From the IMG/VR virus record IMGVR_UViG_2563366848_000001: DNA of 36,138 bases; one strand, written 5' to 3'. The notes below the pieces were generated by a model. The model was not told the DNA's origin, searched no databases, and worked only from the letters and a program-made list of their open reading frames with translations. Within the stretch, counting starts at the first letter, position 1. Each line of letters opens with the position of its first letter. Origin of the DNA: a virus. Taxonomy: Duplodnaviria; Heunggongvirae; Uroviricota; Caudoviricetes. The translations under genes and the position numbers were made by a program. Below are positions 18,373 through 28,930 of this stretch, in pieces.

Positions 18373-20361
18373 ATGCGCGCGAACCTTATAAAAACCAATT
18401 TTACAGCTGGCGAAGTTTCCCCACGCCTGATGGGGCGCGTTGATATTGCCCGCTATGCCAACGGCGCGAAGATTATCGAAAACGCGGTAGTGGTCGTGCA
18501 GGGTGGCGTTGTCCGCAGACCTGGCAGCCGATATGCGGCGGCCACGAAATTCGGCAATAAAAAATCCCGCCTTATTCCGTACGTGTTCAACCGTTCTCAG
18601 GCCTACATGCTTGAATTCGGCGATGGCTACATGCGCATTTATCAGAACGGTAAGCAGCTGGTTAATGGCGACAATACGCCGTATGAAATCGCTAGCCCAT
18701 ACACCGCCGATATGTTGTCTGCTGTGAATTATGTCCAGGGCGCTGACACCATGTTTCTGGTACATCAGTCTGTTAAGCCTCATCGCCTCCAGCGACGCGG
18801 CCAAACCGACTGGGTGCTTGAGCCAGCGCCATTTGTCGTTGAGCCATTCGACGAGGTGCGCGATACACCGCAGAAGTGGTGTAAGTCGTCCGTAAAAGAA
18901 TTCGTGGGCTCTGAAATTACGCTTACGCTGAGCGACGCTGATCCAGGCACCAACCCAACACCTCCATTTACGGGGGGCGGCTGGGTTGCTCAGGACGTGG
19001 GCTCCTACGTTCGCCTTAATGGTGGTCTGGTACTGATTAAAAGCATCACCAGCCCGCAGGTTGCCGTTGGTACTATCCGCAGCGACTTAACCGCCACGCA
19101 GGCGGCATCACCGGGTTCATGGACGCGTGAGGACACGGTCTGGACCAATGAATTTGGGTACCCCGGCGCGGTGACGCTATACCAGCAGCGCCTTGTCCTG
19201 GCGGGTTCGCCAAAATATCCGCAAACAATCTGGTGGAGCGAAACGGGCGTTTACCTGTCCTTTGAGATTGGTACCGAGGACGATGACGCGATCAGCTTCA
19301 CGCTGTCTTCTGACCAGCTCAACCCGATTGTGCATCTGGCGCAGATGAATACCCTGATTGCGCTGACCTACGGCGGGGAGTTTACGATCACCTCCGGCAA
19401 CGATGCGGCCATAACACCGACCAATATTTCGGTGAAAAATCCAAGCCCGTACGGCTGCAACGGGATCCGCCCGGTGCGCGTTGGTACCGAAATCATGTTC
19501 GTGCAGCGCGCTGGCCGCAAGCTTTATGCAGTGGCATACGACCCCGACAGCTTTGTTTCCTATTCGGCCAACGATATGACTGTGCTGGCCGAACACATCA
19601 CCGCTGGTGGGGTGCTGGACATGGCCTATCAGCAACAGCCTGATGCGTTTATCTGGATGGTTCGGGCTGATGGCGCTGCGGTCACGATGGCTATCGACCG
19701 TGGTCAGGATGTAATTGCATGGTCACGTCAGGTTACAGATGGCGCGTTTGAGTCGGTGGCGACCATACCATCGGAAGCTGACGATGTGGTTTATGCGATC
19801 GTCCGTCGCGAGATAAACGGTCAGACCGTACGTTATGTCGAGGTGTTCGACAGCAAACTCTATACGGATGCTGCAGTAACCGGAACAAGTAGCGCCGGTT
19901 CTGCGACATGGTCTGGGCTTGCGCACCTCGAGGGCCAGACGGTTGATGTGGTGGCCGATGGCGCGGTTATGCCGCAGTACACCGTTTCCTCTGGTCAGAT
20001 CACCCTCTCACGCCCGGCGAAAAGCGTGGAAATTGGCCTGCACTTTGAAAGCACGATCGAAACGCTTACGCCTGAAGTTCAGACCACCGAGGGTACGACA
20101 CAGAACGCGAGAAAACGCACCAGCGAAGTGACTATGCGTTTCCTCGAAACGACTGGCGCTGAGTGCAACGGCCAGGTTATTCCGTTCCGCCGTTTCGGAC
20201 CAAAAATCCTCAACCAGCCCGCTCCATTATTTACCGGCGATCACTATTGGGGAAAACTCGGCTGGGAACGCGGAGAAGATACCCTGCTTATCCAGCAGCG
20301 CCAGCCGCTGCCATTCCATCTTCTTGCCATTATTTTCACATTCACCAGTAACGGGGGCTGA
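18373..20361 (+). CDS. tail tubular protein B, T7 gp12-like
   Basis: 662 aa from MRANLIKTNFTAGEVSPRLMGR; ATG 1 nt after gp11 stop. Confidence 0.7.
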   Translation: MRANLIKTNFTAGEVSPRLMGRVDIARYANGAKIIENAVVVVQGGVVRRPGSRYAAATKFGNKKSRLIPYVFNRSQAYMLEFGDGYMRIYQNGKQLVNGDNTPYEIASPYTADMLSAVNYVQGADTMFLVHQSVKPHRLQRRGQTDWVLEPAPFVVEPFDEVRDTPQKWCKSSVKEFVGSEITLTLSDADPGTNPTPPFTGGGWVAQDVGSYVRLNGGLVLIKSITSPQVAVGTIRSDLTATQAASPGSWTREDTVWTNEFGYPGAVTLYQQRLVLAGSPKYPQTIWWSETGVYLSFEIGTEDDDAISFTLSSDQLNPIVHLAQMNTLIALTYGGEFTITSGNDAAITPTNISVKNPSPYGCNGIRPVRVGTEIMFVQRAGRKLYAVAYDPDSFVSYSANDMTVLAEHITAGGVLDMAYQQQPDAFIWMVRADGAAVTMAIDRGQDVIAWSRQVTDGAFESVATIPSEADDVVYAIVRREINGQTVRYVEVFDSKLYTDAAVTGTSSAGSATWSGLAHLEGQTVDVVADGAVMPQYTVSSGQITLSRPAKSVEIGLHFESTIETLTPEVQTTEGTTQNARKRTSEVTMRFLETTGAECNGQVIPFRRFGPKILNQPAPLFTGDHYWGKLGWERGEDTLLIQQRQPLPFHLLAIIFTFTSNGG

Positions 20362-20362
20362 C

Positions 20363-20812
20363 ATGGTACGTAACGCAACGGCCGGGGATATCCCGGCGCT
20401 GATCGAGCTGGGAGCAAGGATGTATATCGAGTCCCGTTATTCGCGGAATTCTCCCTTCGATGAAGGAAAGTGCGCAGAGCTCGCCCGCAACCTTATTTCG
20501 TCCCCCGCCGGTTGTCTGCTGGTGGTCGAAAAAGACGGTGCTGTAATCGGCTGGCTGGCCGGGGGGATTGCTGAGCAATGGTTCAGCCGCCAGCTGATGG
20601 CGTTTGAGTATGGGCTGTTCATTGCTCCTGAGCATCGCGGCGGCACTGCGGGACCGCGTCTCGCTAAAGCGTTTATCACCTGGGCTGAAGAGCACGGCGC
20701 TGCGCTCATAAACATGGGGATCACCACGGGCGTGCATGAAGAACGCACCGGCGATTTGTATTCACGTCTCGGCCTGTCGCGTACCGGTCTGCTTTATTCC
20801 AAAGAGGTGTAA
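20363..20812 (+). CDS. GNAT-family N-acetyltransferase embedded in virion gene cluster
   Basis: 149 aa; acetyl-CoA-binding-like stretch (LLVVEKDGAVIGWLAG ... RGGTAGPRL); ATG 1 nt after gp12 stop. Confidence 0.7.
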   Translation: MVRNATAGDIPALIELGARMYIESRYSRNSPFDEGKCAELARNLISSPAGCLLVVEKDGAVIGWLAGGIAEQWFSRQLMAFEYGLFIAPEHRGGTAGPRLAKAFITWAEEHGAALINMGITTGVHEERTGDLYSRLGLSRTGLLYSKEV

Positions 20813-20814
20813 CG

Positions 20815-21282
20815 ATGTGCACTGGCATAGAAATTGCGGCGATCGGCGCATCAGTTCTTGCGGCTGGTGGTGCGGTTTATAGCGGGCAGCAGCAAAAGAA
20901 AATGTCCAACTATCAGGCTGCACAGGCGGAAGCTGATGCCGAGGCTGCACAGGCAGCTGCACGGGTGGAAGCCGATCGCATCCGTAAAGCTGGACGAGCA
21001 CAGGCAGCTGCAGCGCGAGCTTCTCTTGCTGGGTCTGGTGTGGACACGGGGGAAGGTACTGCATTACGTATCCAGTCCGGCATCGTGGGTGATGCGGAGC
21101 AGGATGCGTACCAGACCATTTTGAATGGTGCGAACCAGAGCTCACGGCTCAACGCACAGGCGTCTGCCGACCGCATTAGCGGCCGTAATGCTTCAACATC
21201 TGGCTACATCAGCGCGGGCAGCTCGCTGCTGAGCGCTGGCGGGACAGCGTATAACGGCTGGAAAAAAGCAGGGAGTAAATAA
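20815..21282 (+). CDS. internal virion protein (gp13/14-like), Ala-rich
   Basis: 155 aa, GAGGTG SD, low complexity typical of small internal core proteins. Confidence 0.55.
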   Translation: MCTGIEIAAIGASVLAAGGAVYSGQQQKKMSNYQAAQAEADAEAAQAAARVEADRIRKAGRAQAAAARASLAGSGVDTGEGTALRIQSGIVGDAEQDAYQTILNGANQSSRLNAQASADRISGRNASTSGYISAGSSLLSAGGTAYNGWKKAGSK

Positions 21283-21284
21283 CC

Positions 21285-23993
21285 GTGAGAATTCCAACGG
21301 GTAATTTTGGCAACGTTACGCCGCAGGCTAATCCGACCCGGATCGGGGTCAGTAATGTTGGTCAAATAGGTAATGCTGTAGCTGGGCTGGGAGCCGCTCT
21401 GGGTCAGACTGTAGAGGATTTGCAGCGCACCCAGGATAAAGCGGACGTGGCGGCAACCCAGGCCATTCTTACCGATCTTGATGCGAAATCCAGTGACCGC
21501 TGGGAAAACCCGGAGACCGGCGCGCTGGTAACCCGGCAGGGGTTCAAGTCTTCTGGCGTTGGTCTGGACATGGATAAACAGGACTCTTCCGACTATGAAG
21601 AGGCCCGTAAACGCGTGCCGCAGAGCCAGCAGCAGTATTTTGACGCGCAGTGGAAAGCGGGTCAGGTCCGCAGAGCCAGCACTTATAACAGCTTTGAGCG
21701 TAGCCAAACTGAACAGGCGCAGCGCCAGCAGCTCGACGCGACGGTTAAATCGTCTGTTGAACAGGAAGCGGGGGCGTTTGACGATCCGCAGGCTGCCGCA
21801 CTGATTCGCAGCGCCCGGCAGCACTCAATTTCATTGTATGGCCAGGCGCAGGGGTGGTCACAGGAGCAAATAGACCAGGCGGTTTCTGAGGCCAATTTGC
21901 GAGCAATGGACCAGCGAGCCCAGAACTATGCGGTTACCAATCCTCAGGGCTGGTTAAATGGCGATTTCCCGGTGAAAGATACAGGCGCGCTGGATATGCG
22001 CGCTATTGGTATCGTTGAATCCGGTGGTAAACATTTCAATGCCGACGGCAGCATTATCACTTCGCCCGCCGGCGCGCAGGGAAAATACCAGATGATGCCG
22101 GATACGGGCAAAGAGCTGGCGGCGAAGCGCGGAGTTGAATATAACCCGGCAGATGAAGAGCAAAATGCCCTGCTGGCGAGCGATTACGCAAATCAGCTGT
22201 ACGGTAAATATGGCTCTGAAACGCTGGCGGGTGCTGCGTATAACTGGGGTATGGGTAACGTTGACAAGCTGATCGCGAAAACCGGAGACCCACGCAAAGG
22301 CGAAATTTCTGAGGCTGATTTTATTCGGCAATTACCTGCTGAAACCCGCGGGTGGCTGGCCCGGTACCGTAAAAATAAAACCGGTCTCGATCCTGTTTCT
22401 GTCAACAAAATCGATAACATTGCCGAGTCAAAAATCCGTGAGCAGCGTACGGCGCTGCGCGAGCAAATTGACCCGATTCTGAACAACACGATGGTGCAGC
22501 TGTACAATGGGGAAGTGCCTGACGCGATGCCCGATAAAGCGTCAATTATGTTTGCGTACGGTGAGCAGGGGGCAAAAGCCGTTAAGCAGCTCGACATCGC
22601 GATCAACAACGCCAAAACCTTCCAGGCGATACAGTATGTTCCCCCGGAACAGCAGCAGGCAGAAATCGCAAAGCTGAAGCCTCAGGCAAATGACCCTGAT
22701 TATGCGCTCAAGCTCGATGCGTATGGCAAGCTCGGCGCGCTGGTGCAGAAAAGCAATGAAGCGATACAGGCGCAGCGTGATACCCGTCGTTTTAATGAAG
22801 CACTGTCTATGGGGGAGAAGCTCGACCCCAGCAATAAATCTATGCAAAAAGCCGCCGACGCCACGCCAACGGCGCAAAGCTTCCGGATTAACGACGCCAC
22901 CACCCATGACGGGATTGTGCAGCAGGTGGCCCAGACCGGGATCATTCCTTCGCAGGTAACCACCCAGTTATCGGCGGTTTCCCGCGCGCGCAGTCCCGAG
23001 GCGGTCCGTCAGGGGGCTGAGTTATTTAATCGTCTCTATGACACGGATCCCGCCTCTGTTGGCGACATGCCAAAGGATATGCAGGGATTTTATCTCACTG
23101 TTAAGCAGCTTACCGATTCTGGCATGGCGTCCGAAACTGCTATCGAGCAGGCGCAGAATCTTACCTACAACCAGACCGATGCGCTCAAAGCGCAACTGGC
23201 ATCAACCCAGAGCACTAAGGAGTACAAAAAAGACCGCGGCAAAGCGATGGATTCTGCCGTGAGTAGTATGTCCGGCTTTTTTAGCTGGGGTAATCCATCC
23301 GCCGACGACCAGACACCGGAAGCCGCACGCTTCCGCAACGATTACCAGTCGCTGTACGACATCAATTACCGCACCGCTGGTGGTAATGCGGATGCGGCCA
23401 AAAAAATGACCAACCAGCAGATCGCCCGCACATGGAGTATCAGCGAGGTTAACGGCGACGCCAAACTCATGAAATACGCGCCAGAGGCACTCTATAACTA
23501 CGGTCCGTCAGGCTGGCAGTCGGCACAGTGGAAAGAAGAAAAAGAGAGCCTGATGTATGGCGAGCGCAAGGGTGACATCACCACCAGCCCGACGCAGCTG
23601 GGTATTACCTCCGGTAACGCAGCGCCTGTCACCAGCAAAACGCCGGAGTCGCGTATTGGCGGCGATCTGGAAATTACCCCTGATGTACTGACGGCCCGCA
23701 ATGGCGATTACGCCATCATGGTGCGAACAAAAGATAAGGATGGTATCGAGGCGGTACAACCGTTCTACGATTCGTACGGCAGGCCGATGCGCTGGAAACC
23801 GTCACTGGAAGAGTGGGCGCCATACAAAAAAATGCAGGAAGAGCGCGAAGAACATGATCGCAATGAGCTGCAACGCGGGCAGGATATTCGTGGGTTCAAA
23901 GATAAGCACCGTGCGCTCGATGAGCAGTACAAGCGCCTGCATAACGAGCGCATGGACAGGGTTAAAAATTACTTTTCGTGGAGCACTGAATAA
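21285..23993 (+). CDS. internal virion protein with soluble lytic transglycosylase domain
   Basis: 902 aa; SLT-like region GIVESGG..GAQGKYQMMPDTG..AAYNWGMGNV; GTG start after AGGGAG SD. Confidence 0.7.
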   Translation: MRIPTGNFGNVTPQANPTRIGVSNVGQIGNAVAGLGAALGQTVEDLQRTQDKADVAATQAILTDLDAKSSDRWENPETGALVTRQGFKSSGVGLDMDKQDSSDYEEARKRVPQSQQQYFDAQWKAGQVRRASTYNSFERSQTEQAQRQQLDATVKSSVEQEAGAFDDPQAAALIRSARQHSISLYGQAQGWSQEQIDQAVSEANLRAMDQRAQNYAVTNPQGWLNGDFPVKDTGALDMRAIGIVESGGKHFNADGSIITSPAGAQGKYQMMPDTGKELAAKRGVEYNPADEEQNALLASDYANQLYGKYGSETLAGAAYNWGMGNVDKLIAKTGDPRKGEISEADFIRQLPAETRGWLARYRKNKTGLDPVSVNKIDNIAESKIREQRTALREQIDPILNNTMVQLYNGEVPDAMPDKASIMFAYGEQGAKAVKQLDIAINNAKTFQAIQYVPPEQQQAEIAKLKPQANDPDYALKLDAYGKLGALVQKSNEAIQAQRDTRRFNEALSMGEKLDPSNKSMQKAADATPTAQSFRINDATTHDGIVQQVAQTGIIPSQVTTQLSAVSRARSPEAVRQGAELFNRLYDTDPASVGDMPKDMQGFYLTVKQLTDSGMASETAIEQAQNLTYNQTDALKAQLASTQSTKEYKKDRGKAMDSAVSSMSGFFSWGNPSADDQTPEAARFRNDYQSLYDINYRTAGGNADAAKKMTNQQIARTWSISEVNGDAKLMKYAPEALYNYGPSGWQSAQWKEEKESLMYGERKGDITTSPTQLGITSGNAAPVTSKTPESRIGGDLEITPDVLTARNGDYAIMVRTKDKDGIEAVQPFYDSYGRPMRWKPSLEEWAPYKKMQEEREEHDRNELQRGQDIRGFKDKHRALDEQYKRLHNERMDRVKNYFSWSTE

Positions 23994-26896
23994 TGCCGGT
24001 ATACGCCACCCCTGAAGAACTCAATAACGGATTCACTCCGGCGGGTAATGTCCTGGCTGCACCTACCGGATTTGATGTGCCTTTGCCTGAAGGTACTAAC
24101 CCAGCACCTCAGCAGGATGAGCCGTCTGTGTGGGGCGCTGCATTTCGTCAGAATAACCTGCTGGCTGGAATGTTCCGCTCGGCCAAACAATTCGAACCGG
24201 CGGACGGGTATAACCCTTATTCTGATAAAAACGAACTAAAGGGGTACGAACAATGGGGATCCGCCTTTGCGGATTCTCGATCGCCAGAGGAAACCGCCTG
24301 GATAAAAAACCAGATAGACGATGAAAATGAAGACCGTCGGGTTTTGTCTGAGGCAGGCGCTGAAGGAACTCTGGCCAGTATCGCCGCCGGGGTTATCGAC
24401 CCTGTCACGGTCGCATCGATGTTTATTCCCGGTGCGCAGGGAAGCCTGGCTGCTCGTATTGGTTCTCAGATTGCTATTGGCGCCGCCGGTACCGCACTTA
24501 GCGAGGTTGCGCTCAATAACGAGCAGTACACCAGAACAGCAAGGGAGAGCGCCGCGCACATTACAGCCGGCGCGCTTCTCAGCGGTGTATTTGCTACTGC
24601 TGGCGCGATGATCACCCCATCGGTAAGAAACGCGGCTACACGGGAAGTGGCGGAGGCGCTCGATAACATGAATGCCGCGCCAACGATTAACAACGCAGCT
24701 GACGCCCTGGCGGATACTTTACCGAACGGTGGCAGCGTCGGCGCCATGCGTATTCGCGAAGCAACGCTGGAAGACCTCACACCGGTGTCTGGCGGCCCGC
24801 TCGGCAAGCTGGCTAAAAAGGCCGGTAGCTATCTGACGCCGATCACCCGCCTGATGGAATCCCCATCAAAAGAAGCGCGCCGGACAGCGCTGGAGTTGGC
24901 GGAGAATAACTTCACGCTGGAAGGCAACCTGCGCGGTATCGAAACACCGGTAGCAGCCGAGACGCGCGTACGTGGCTGGCACCGCGAAGAGGCGGCCGTC
25001 GTTACTGCGAATAAGCAGGCATACACCCAGTATAAAGCCGAAGGCGGCGATCTGGGTTATACGGCCTTCCGTGAACAGGTTGGCGAGGCGCTGCGTAACG
25101 GCGACGTGCACGTTAATGCAAAAGTGCAGGAAGCTGCGCAGGCAATGCGTACGGTCATTAACCGCGTGAAGACAGCCCAGCAGGAACTGGGCTTACTCCC
25201 GCCGGATGCCGAACTGAAAGCGATGGGACAGACCAGCTATTTTCCGCGCGTGTACAAGGTGGGTAAAATCGTTAGCGAGCGAGATAAATTCCGCAATATG
25301 CTGGTTGACTGGTGGTCACGCGGTGAGAAAACCATGTCCCGCGAAGATGCTGAAATCGCCGCCGATACCACTATTAACCGTATTGTCGGGGCCAAAATTC
25401 CGCAGGAGTTTGCCAGCGTCTTTATGGTGAAAGCGCCGGGCAGCACCAAATCGCGTACGTTGAGCGTTCCCGATCGCCTGATGAAAGATTATCTGGAGAG
25501 CGATGCAAACTACGTCCTGCAGCGTCATATCCGCGAAGCCTCAGCGGAAATTGAATTAACCCGTACCTTTGGCAACAAGTCGCTGGATTCGCAGCTCGCT
25601 GCCATCCAGGACGAATACGACGCGCTGATGCGGTTACGCCCGGCAGAGCAGGAAAAGCTGGCGAAGGCGCGCGAAGCCGATCTGCGCGATATTCTGGCGC
25701 TTCGCGATCGCCTCGTCGGTACCTACGGTATGCCGGATGACCCATCATCATTTTTCGTTCGCGCCGGTGCGTTTCTGCGTAGCGCCAACTTTGTCACCAA
25801 GCTGGGCGGTATGACCGTTTCCGCTATTCCTGATCTCGCCCGCGGTGTGATGGTTAACGGGTTTGGCAATACCATGCGCGGTTACTCTGCGCTGATAACC
25901 CGGTCGCCGGCATTCAAGGCCAGCCGGGCCGAACAGTTAAAAATGGCCGTCGGGCTGGAAACCATCCTGCATACCCGTGCGCGTACGATGGGTGACCTGG
26001 TAGACAGCTCCTCCCGCACTACAGCGGTAGAGGCGGGAATGGAGCGCGTCACCGATGCGTTCGGCAAGCTCACGCTGATGGGCCACTTCGACGATATGAA
26101 CAAATCGGTAAACGGCATGATCACCTCCGACGGCATTCTGTCCGGCGCGTTTGCGGGCCGCCGCCTTGCCAAGCTCGGCATTAACGACAATATGGCCGCG
26201 CGTATTCGCAGCGAATTCGAAAAACACGGTGAGGTAATCAATGGCTGGCATATCGGCAATTTTGAAAAATGGGACGATCAGCATGTGGCTGGCGTTTTTC
26301 AGTCGGCCGTGCTCAAAGACGTTAACAATACAGTTATCACACCGGGGATCGGCGATACGCCATTGTGGGCCAGCACGCCACTGGGTAAAACTATCTTCCA
26401 GTTTAAATCGTTCGCTACCGCGTCCTACAACCGCGCAACGCTGGGCGGCCTGCAGGAGGGAACCGGACAGTTTTATTACGGTACCGCTTTCCAGATTAGC
26501 CTCGGCGCACTGACGTACGCACTTAAACAATCCGCAAATGGTAAAGAGGTTGACTGGTCGCCTCAGAAACTGGCCATTGAAGGTATCGACCGGTCCGGTA
26601 TTCTCGGCCCGCTGATGGAATATAACAACATGGCAGAAAAAGCCTCCGGCGGTATGGTGGGGCTGGGTGCACTGCTCGGTACCGGCACACAGTCTCGCTA
26701 TGCCAGCCGTGGCTTTATTGGCTCCGCTCTCGGCCCGACGTTTGGCTTGCTGGATACCGTCACCGATGTGACCGCCGGAGTGCTCAACGGTGATGCTGGC
26801 GATCGGGTACTGCATAACGTGCGTACGCTGCTGCCGGGTAATAATCTTTTCTGGATAGCGCCGCTGATAAATCAGGTTGACCCCGGCATGCGGTAA
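23993..26896 (+). CDS. internal virion (ejection/core) protein, gp15/16-like
   Basis: 967 aa, start overlaps previous stop (TAATG); position before terminase genes. Confidence 0.6.
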   Translation: MPVYATPEELNNGFTPAGNVLAAPTGFDVPLPEGTNPAPQQDEPSVWGAAFRQNNLLAGMFRSAKQFEPADGYNPYSDKNELKGYEQWGSAFADSRSPEETAWIKNQIDDENEDRRVLSEAGAEGTLASIAAGVIDPVTVASMFIPGAQGSLAARIGSQIAIGAAGTALSEVALNNEQYTRTARESAAHITAGALLSGVFATAGAMITPSVRNAATREVAEALDNMNAAPTINNAADALADTLPNGGSVGAMRIREATLEDLTPVSGGPLGKLAKKAGSYLTPITRLMESPSKEARRTALELAENNFTLEGNLRGIETPVAAETRVRGWHREEAAVVTANKQAYTQYKAEGGDLGYTAFREQVGEALRNGDVHVNAKVQEAAQAMRTVINRVKTAQQELGLLPPDAELKAMGQTSYFPRVYKVGKIVSERDKFRNMLVDWWSRGEKTMSREDAEIAADTTINRIVGAKIPQEFASVFMVKAPGSTKSRTLSVPDRLMKDYLESDANYVLQRHIREASAEIELTRTFGNKSLDSQLAAIQDEYDALMRLRPAEQEKLAKAREADLRDILALRDRLVGTYGMPDDPSSFFVRAGAFLRSANFVTKLGGMTVSAIPDLARGVMVNGFGNTMRGYSALITRSPAFKASRAEQLKMAVGLETILHTRARTMGDLVDSSSRTTAVEAGMERVTDAFGKLTLMGHFDDMNKSVNGMITSDGILSGAFAGRRLAKLGINDNMAARIRSEFEKHGEVINGWHIGNFEKWDDQHVAGVFQSAVLKDVNNTVITPGIGDTPLWASTPLGKTIFQFKSFATASYNRATLGGLQEGTGQFYYGTAFQISLGALTYALKQSANGKEVDWSPQKLAIEGIDRSGILGPLMEYNNMAEKASGGMVGLGALLGTGTQSRYASRGFIGSALGPTFGLLDTVTDVTAGVLNGDAGDRVLHNVRTLLPGNNLFWIAPLINQVDPGMR

Positions 26897-26898
26897 TC

Positions 26899-26914
26899 GG
26901 TCGGGATTCCGACC
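26899..26914 (+). repeat. conserved hairpin motif GGTCGGGATTCCGACC, copy 3
   Basis: Exact 16-mer 3 nt after stop of the 967-aa gene, about 20 nt before a strong terminator. Confidence 0.8.
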
Positions 26915-26932
26915 TCAAAAAGCATACACCAT

Positions 26933-26960
26933 AGCCCTGTATTCACTACAGGGCTTTTTT
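26933..26960 (+). terminator. strong intrinsic terminator abutting the next start codon
   Basis: AGCCCTGT-ATTCACT-ACAGGGCT followed by TTTTTT, the T-run ending at the ATG of the 26961 gene. Confidence 0.75.
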
Positions 26961-27302
26961 ATGCATCAGGATTACAAGACACGCCTTACCGCGCTGAGCG
27001 ATAAACTCACTGACGTGGTGCTCGAAGAAGCCGATCCGGACAACTGGCCGGGGGCGGGGAAGAAACCCAGCGAACTGACCAAAGACGAGCGCGGCGATCG
27101 ATACTGGGACAAGAAGAACGCGGCGGCTTCGCTGACGCTGCTGATTAAGGTGCATTCCCTTATTGGCATGCAAACGCGCGGTGGTACGCCTTCAGATAAC
27201 CCCGGGCAGGATGATGAAGCCTTTGCGCTGGGGCAGCAGGTATCGAAGGCGGAGCGTGAAGCCCTCGCCATTATCGAGCGCCTGCAGAAAGGCAAAAAAT
27301 GA
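26961..27302 (+). CDS. putative terminase small subunit (113 aa)
   Basis: Position directly upstream of and overlapping (ATGA) terminase large subunit; no obvious SD; assignment is positional only. Confidence 0.45.
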   Translation: MHQDYKTRLTALSDKLTDVVLEEADPDNWPGAGKKPSELTKDERGDRYWDKKNAAASLTLLIKVHSLIGMQTRGGTPSDNPGQDDEAFALGQQVSKAEREALAIIERLQKGKK

Positions 27303-28909
27303 TTTCGTTCCTCGCCTTCTTTTTAATGTGGGCGGAGCGGATGAACTGGGACGTTCCGGACTGCCACTATCGTGCCTGTCACTGGCTGGAGCATCGCGGA
27401 AATCTTGCGGTGCTTCGCTGTTTTCGTGGTTTCGGTAAATCTACCATACTGGGCGTTTATAACGCATGGCGATATTACTGCGACCGCCAGTACCGGGTCC
27501 TGCACCAGTCTGAATCAGATTCCACAGCGCGCAAAACCAGCCGCGATACGCAGAACGTTTTACGCAATCACCCCCTGACAAAAGGCATGTTGCCGGATGG
27601 ACTCGGCACAGTCGAGCAGTGGTGGGTTAACGGTTCGCTGGATATGCGTAACGCGAGCATGTTCGCAAAAGGTATCCTGTCGAACGTTACCGGCGCGCGT
27701 GCAAATGAGTGCCAGAACGACGACGTGGAAGTCCCCGGCAACATCCAGACGCCGGAAGCGCGTGAGAAACTGCGATACCGCCTGAGCGAGCAAACTCACA
27801 TCCTGATCCCCGGCGGGCGAAAGCTCTTTATCGGTACACCGCACACACATGACAGCCTCTACGATGAAATGGAATCGGCAGGTGCTGACTGTCTGACCAT
27901 TAAACTGTTTGAGAAAGAAAAGCGCATCGAGGCGAAGGATGCCACGCAGCTGCGCTACGTTATTCCGTTCCGGCCGGAGTACGTTTTCGCGGGCATCCAT
28001 AAAGCGGCGCGACTGCTGGTCGAGGGTGTTGACTACAAGCTGACCGCCGACGGCGTGGAGTTTGCTGCGGCGCCAGAGACGGTTATTGATTTCTACGCCG
28101 GATGTGCCTGGCCTGAGCGATTCGATCATGACGAGCTGGAGTTGCGCCGTAAAGAATGTCGCACCGTTAACGAGTGGGACAGCCAGTACCAGCTGCACAG
28201 TAAACCCGTTGGCGACGTTCGTCTCGATCCTGATCGCATCCGTGAGTACAACATCCATCCTGAAATTCGCTACGCCAACCGTACCGCCTCGATGTGGCTC
28301 GGCAGCACGCAAATTGTTGGTGCTGTGGCGTGGTGGGACGTGGCAACCGGTAAAGTGAAAGCGGACGCCTCAGCGTTATCCCTGATACTGACTGACGCGC
28401 GCGGACATCTGTACTGGCATGTTTGCAAGGAGCTGACTGGTGAACTGGCAGAGTTTGACGATAACGACAAGATTACTGGCGGGCAGGTCGCCCAGATTAA
28501 AGAGCTGGTTATCCGATACCAGATCCCCGTTGTTTGTGTCGAGGTAAACGGCCCCGGCGGCTTTGCGGGAAAACTGCTGCGGCAGGCGTTAAAAGGTACC
28601 GGGTGCGGCGTGCGGGAAGAATTCAGCGTGACAAACAAGCAGAAGCGTATCCTTGATGCGTTCGAAGCTCCTTTGTCTTCCCGTTTCCTGTGGGCGCACA
28701 CTGACGTGCTTGATGGCCCGATGTACGACCAGATGCGGGACTTTAACCCGGCACTGACCAACCAGCCGGACGATTTCATTGATTCTGGTGCGGGTGCTAT
28801 TAGTGCAACGCCGGTTCGTATCGGCAAAGTGGTCGGGATTCCGACCGGACAATCGCGGGAACATTGGCAGTTAAGTGACGGAGACCATGAGGTCGAAGTC
28901 GATTATTAA
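27299..28909 (+). CDS. terminase large subunit, T7 gp19-like
   Basis: 536 aa; Walker A-like FRGFGKST near N-terminus; acidic nuclease-type C-terminal region. Confidence 0.8.
   Translation: MISFLAFFLMWAERMNWDVPDCHYRACHWLEHRGNLAVLRCFRGFGKSTILGVYNAWRYYCDRQYRVLHQSESDSTARKTSRDTQNVLRNHPLTKGMLPDGLGTVEQWWVNGSLDMRNASMFAKGILSNVTGARANECQNDDVEVPGNIQTPEAREKLRYRLSEQTHILIPGGRKLFIGTPHTHDSLYDEMESAGADCLTIKLFEKEKRIEAKDATQLRYVIPFRPEYVFAGIHKAARLLVEGVDYKLTADGVEFAAAPETVIDFYAGCAWPERFDHDELELRRKECRTVNEWDSQYQLHSKPVGDVRLDPDRIREYNIHPEIRYANRTASMWLGSTQIVGAVAWWDVATGKVKADASALSLILTDARGHLYWHVCKELTGELAEFDDNDKITGGQVAQIKELVIRYQIPVVCVEVNGPGGFAGKLLRQALKGTGCGVREEFSVTNKQKRILDAFEAPLSSRFLWAHTDVLDGPMYDQMRDFNPALTNQPDDFIDSGAGAISATPVRIGKVVGIPTGQSREHWQLSDGDHEVEVDY
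28831..28846 (+). repeat. conserved hairpin motif GGTCGGGATTCCGACC, copy 4 (inside 3' end of terminase gene)
   Basis: Exact 16-mer within coding sequence (encodes VVGIPT), about 85 nt upstream of the tail fibre start. Confidence 0.8.
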
Positions 28910-28930
28910 CCCTGCCAGAGGTTACACGCC

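Noticed and set aside
10246-28909. Phage single-subunit RNA polymerase expected in a T7-like genome
   Set aside because: No ORF of suitable size (about 800-900 aa) with polymerase motifs exists; the large ORFs are the primase-helicase, DNA polymerase, internal virion proteins and tail fibre, so the gene is genuinely absent.
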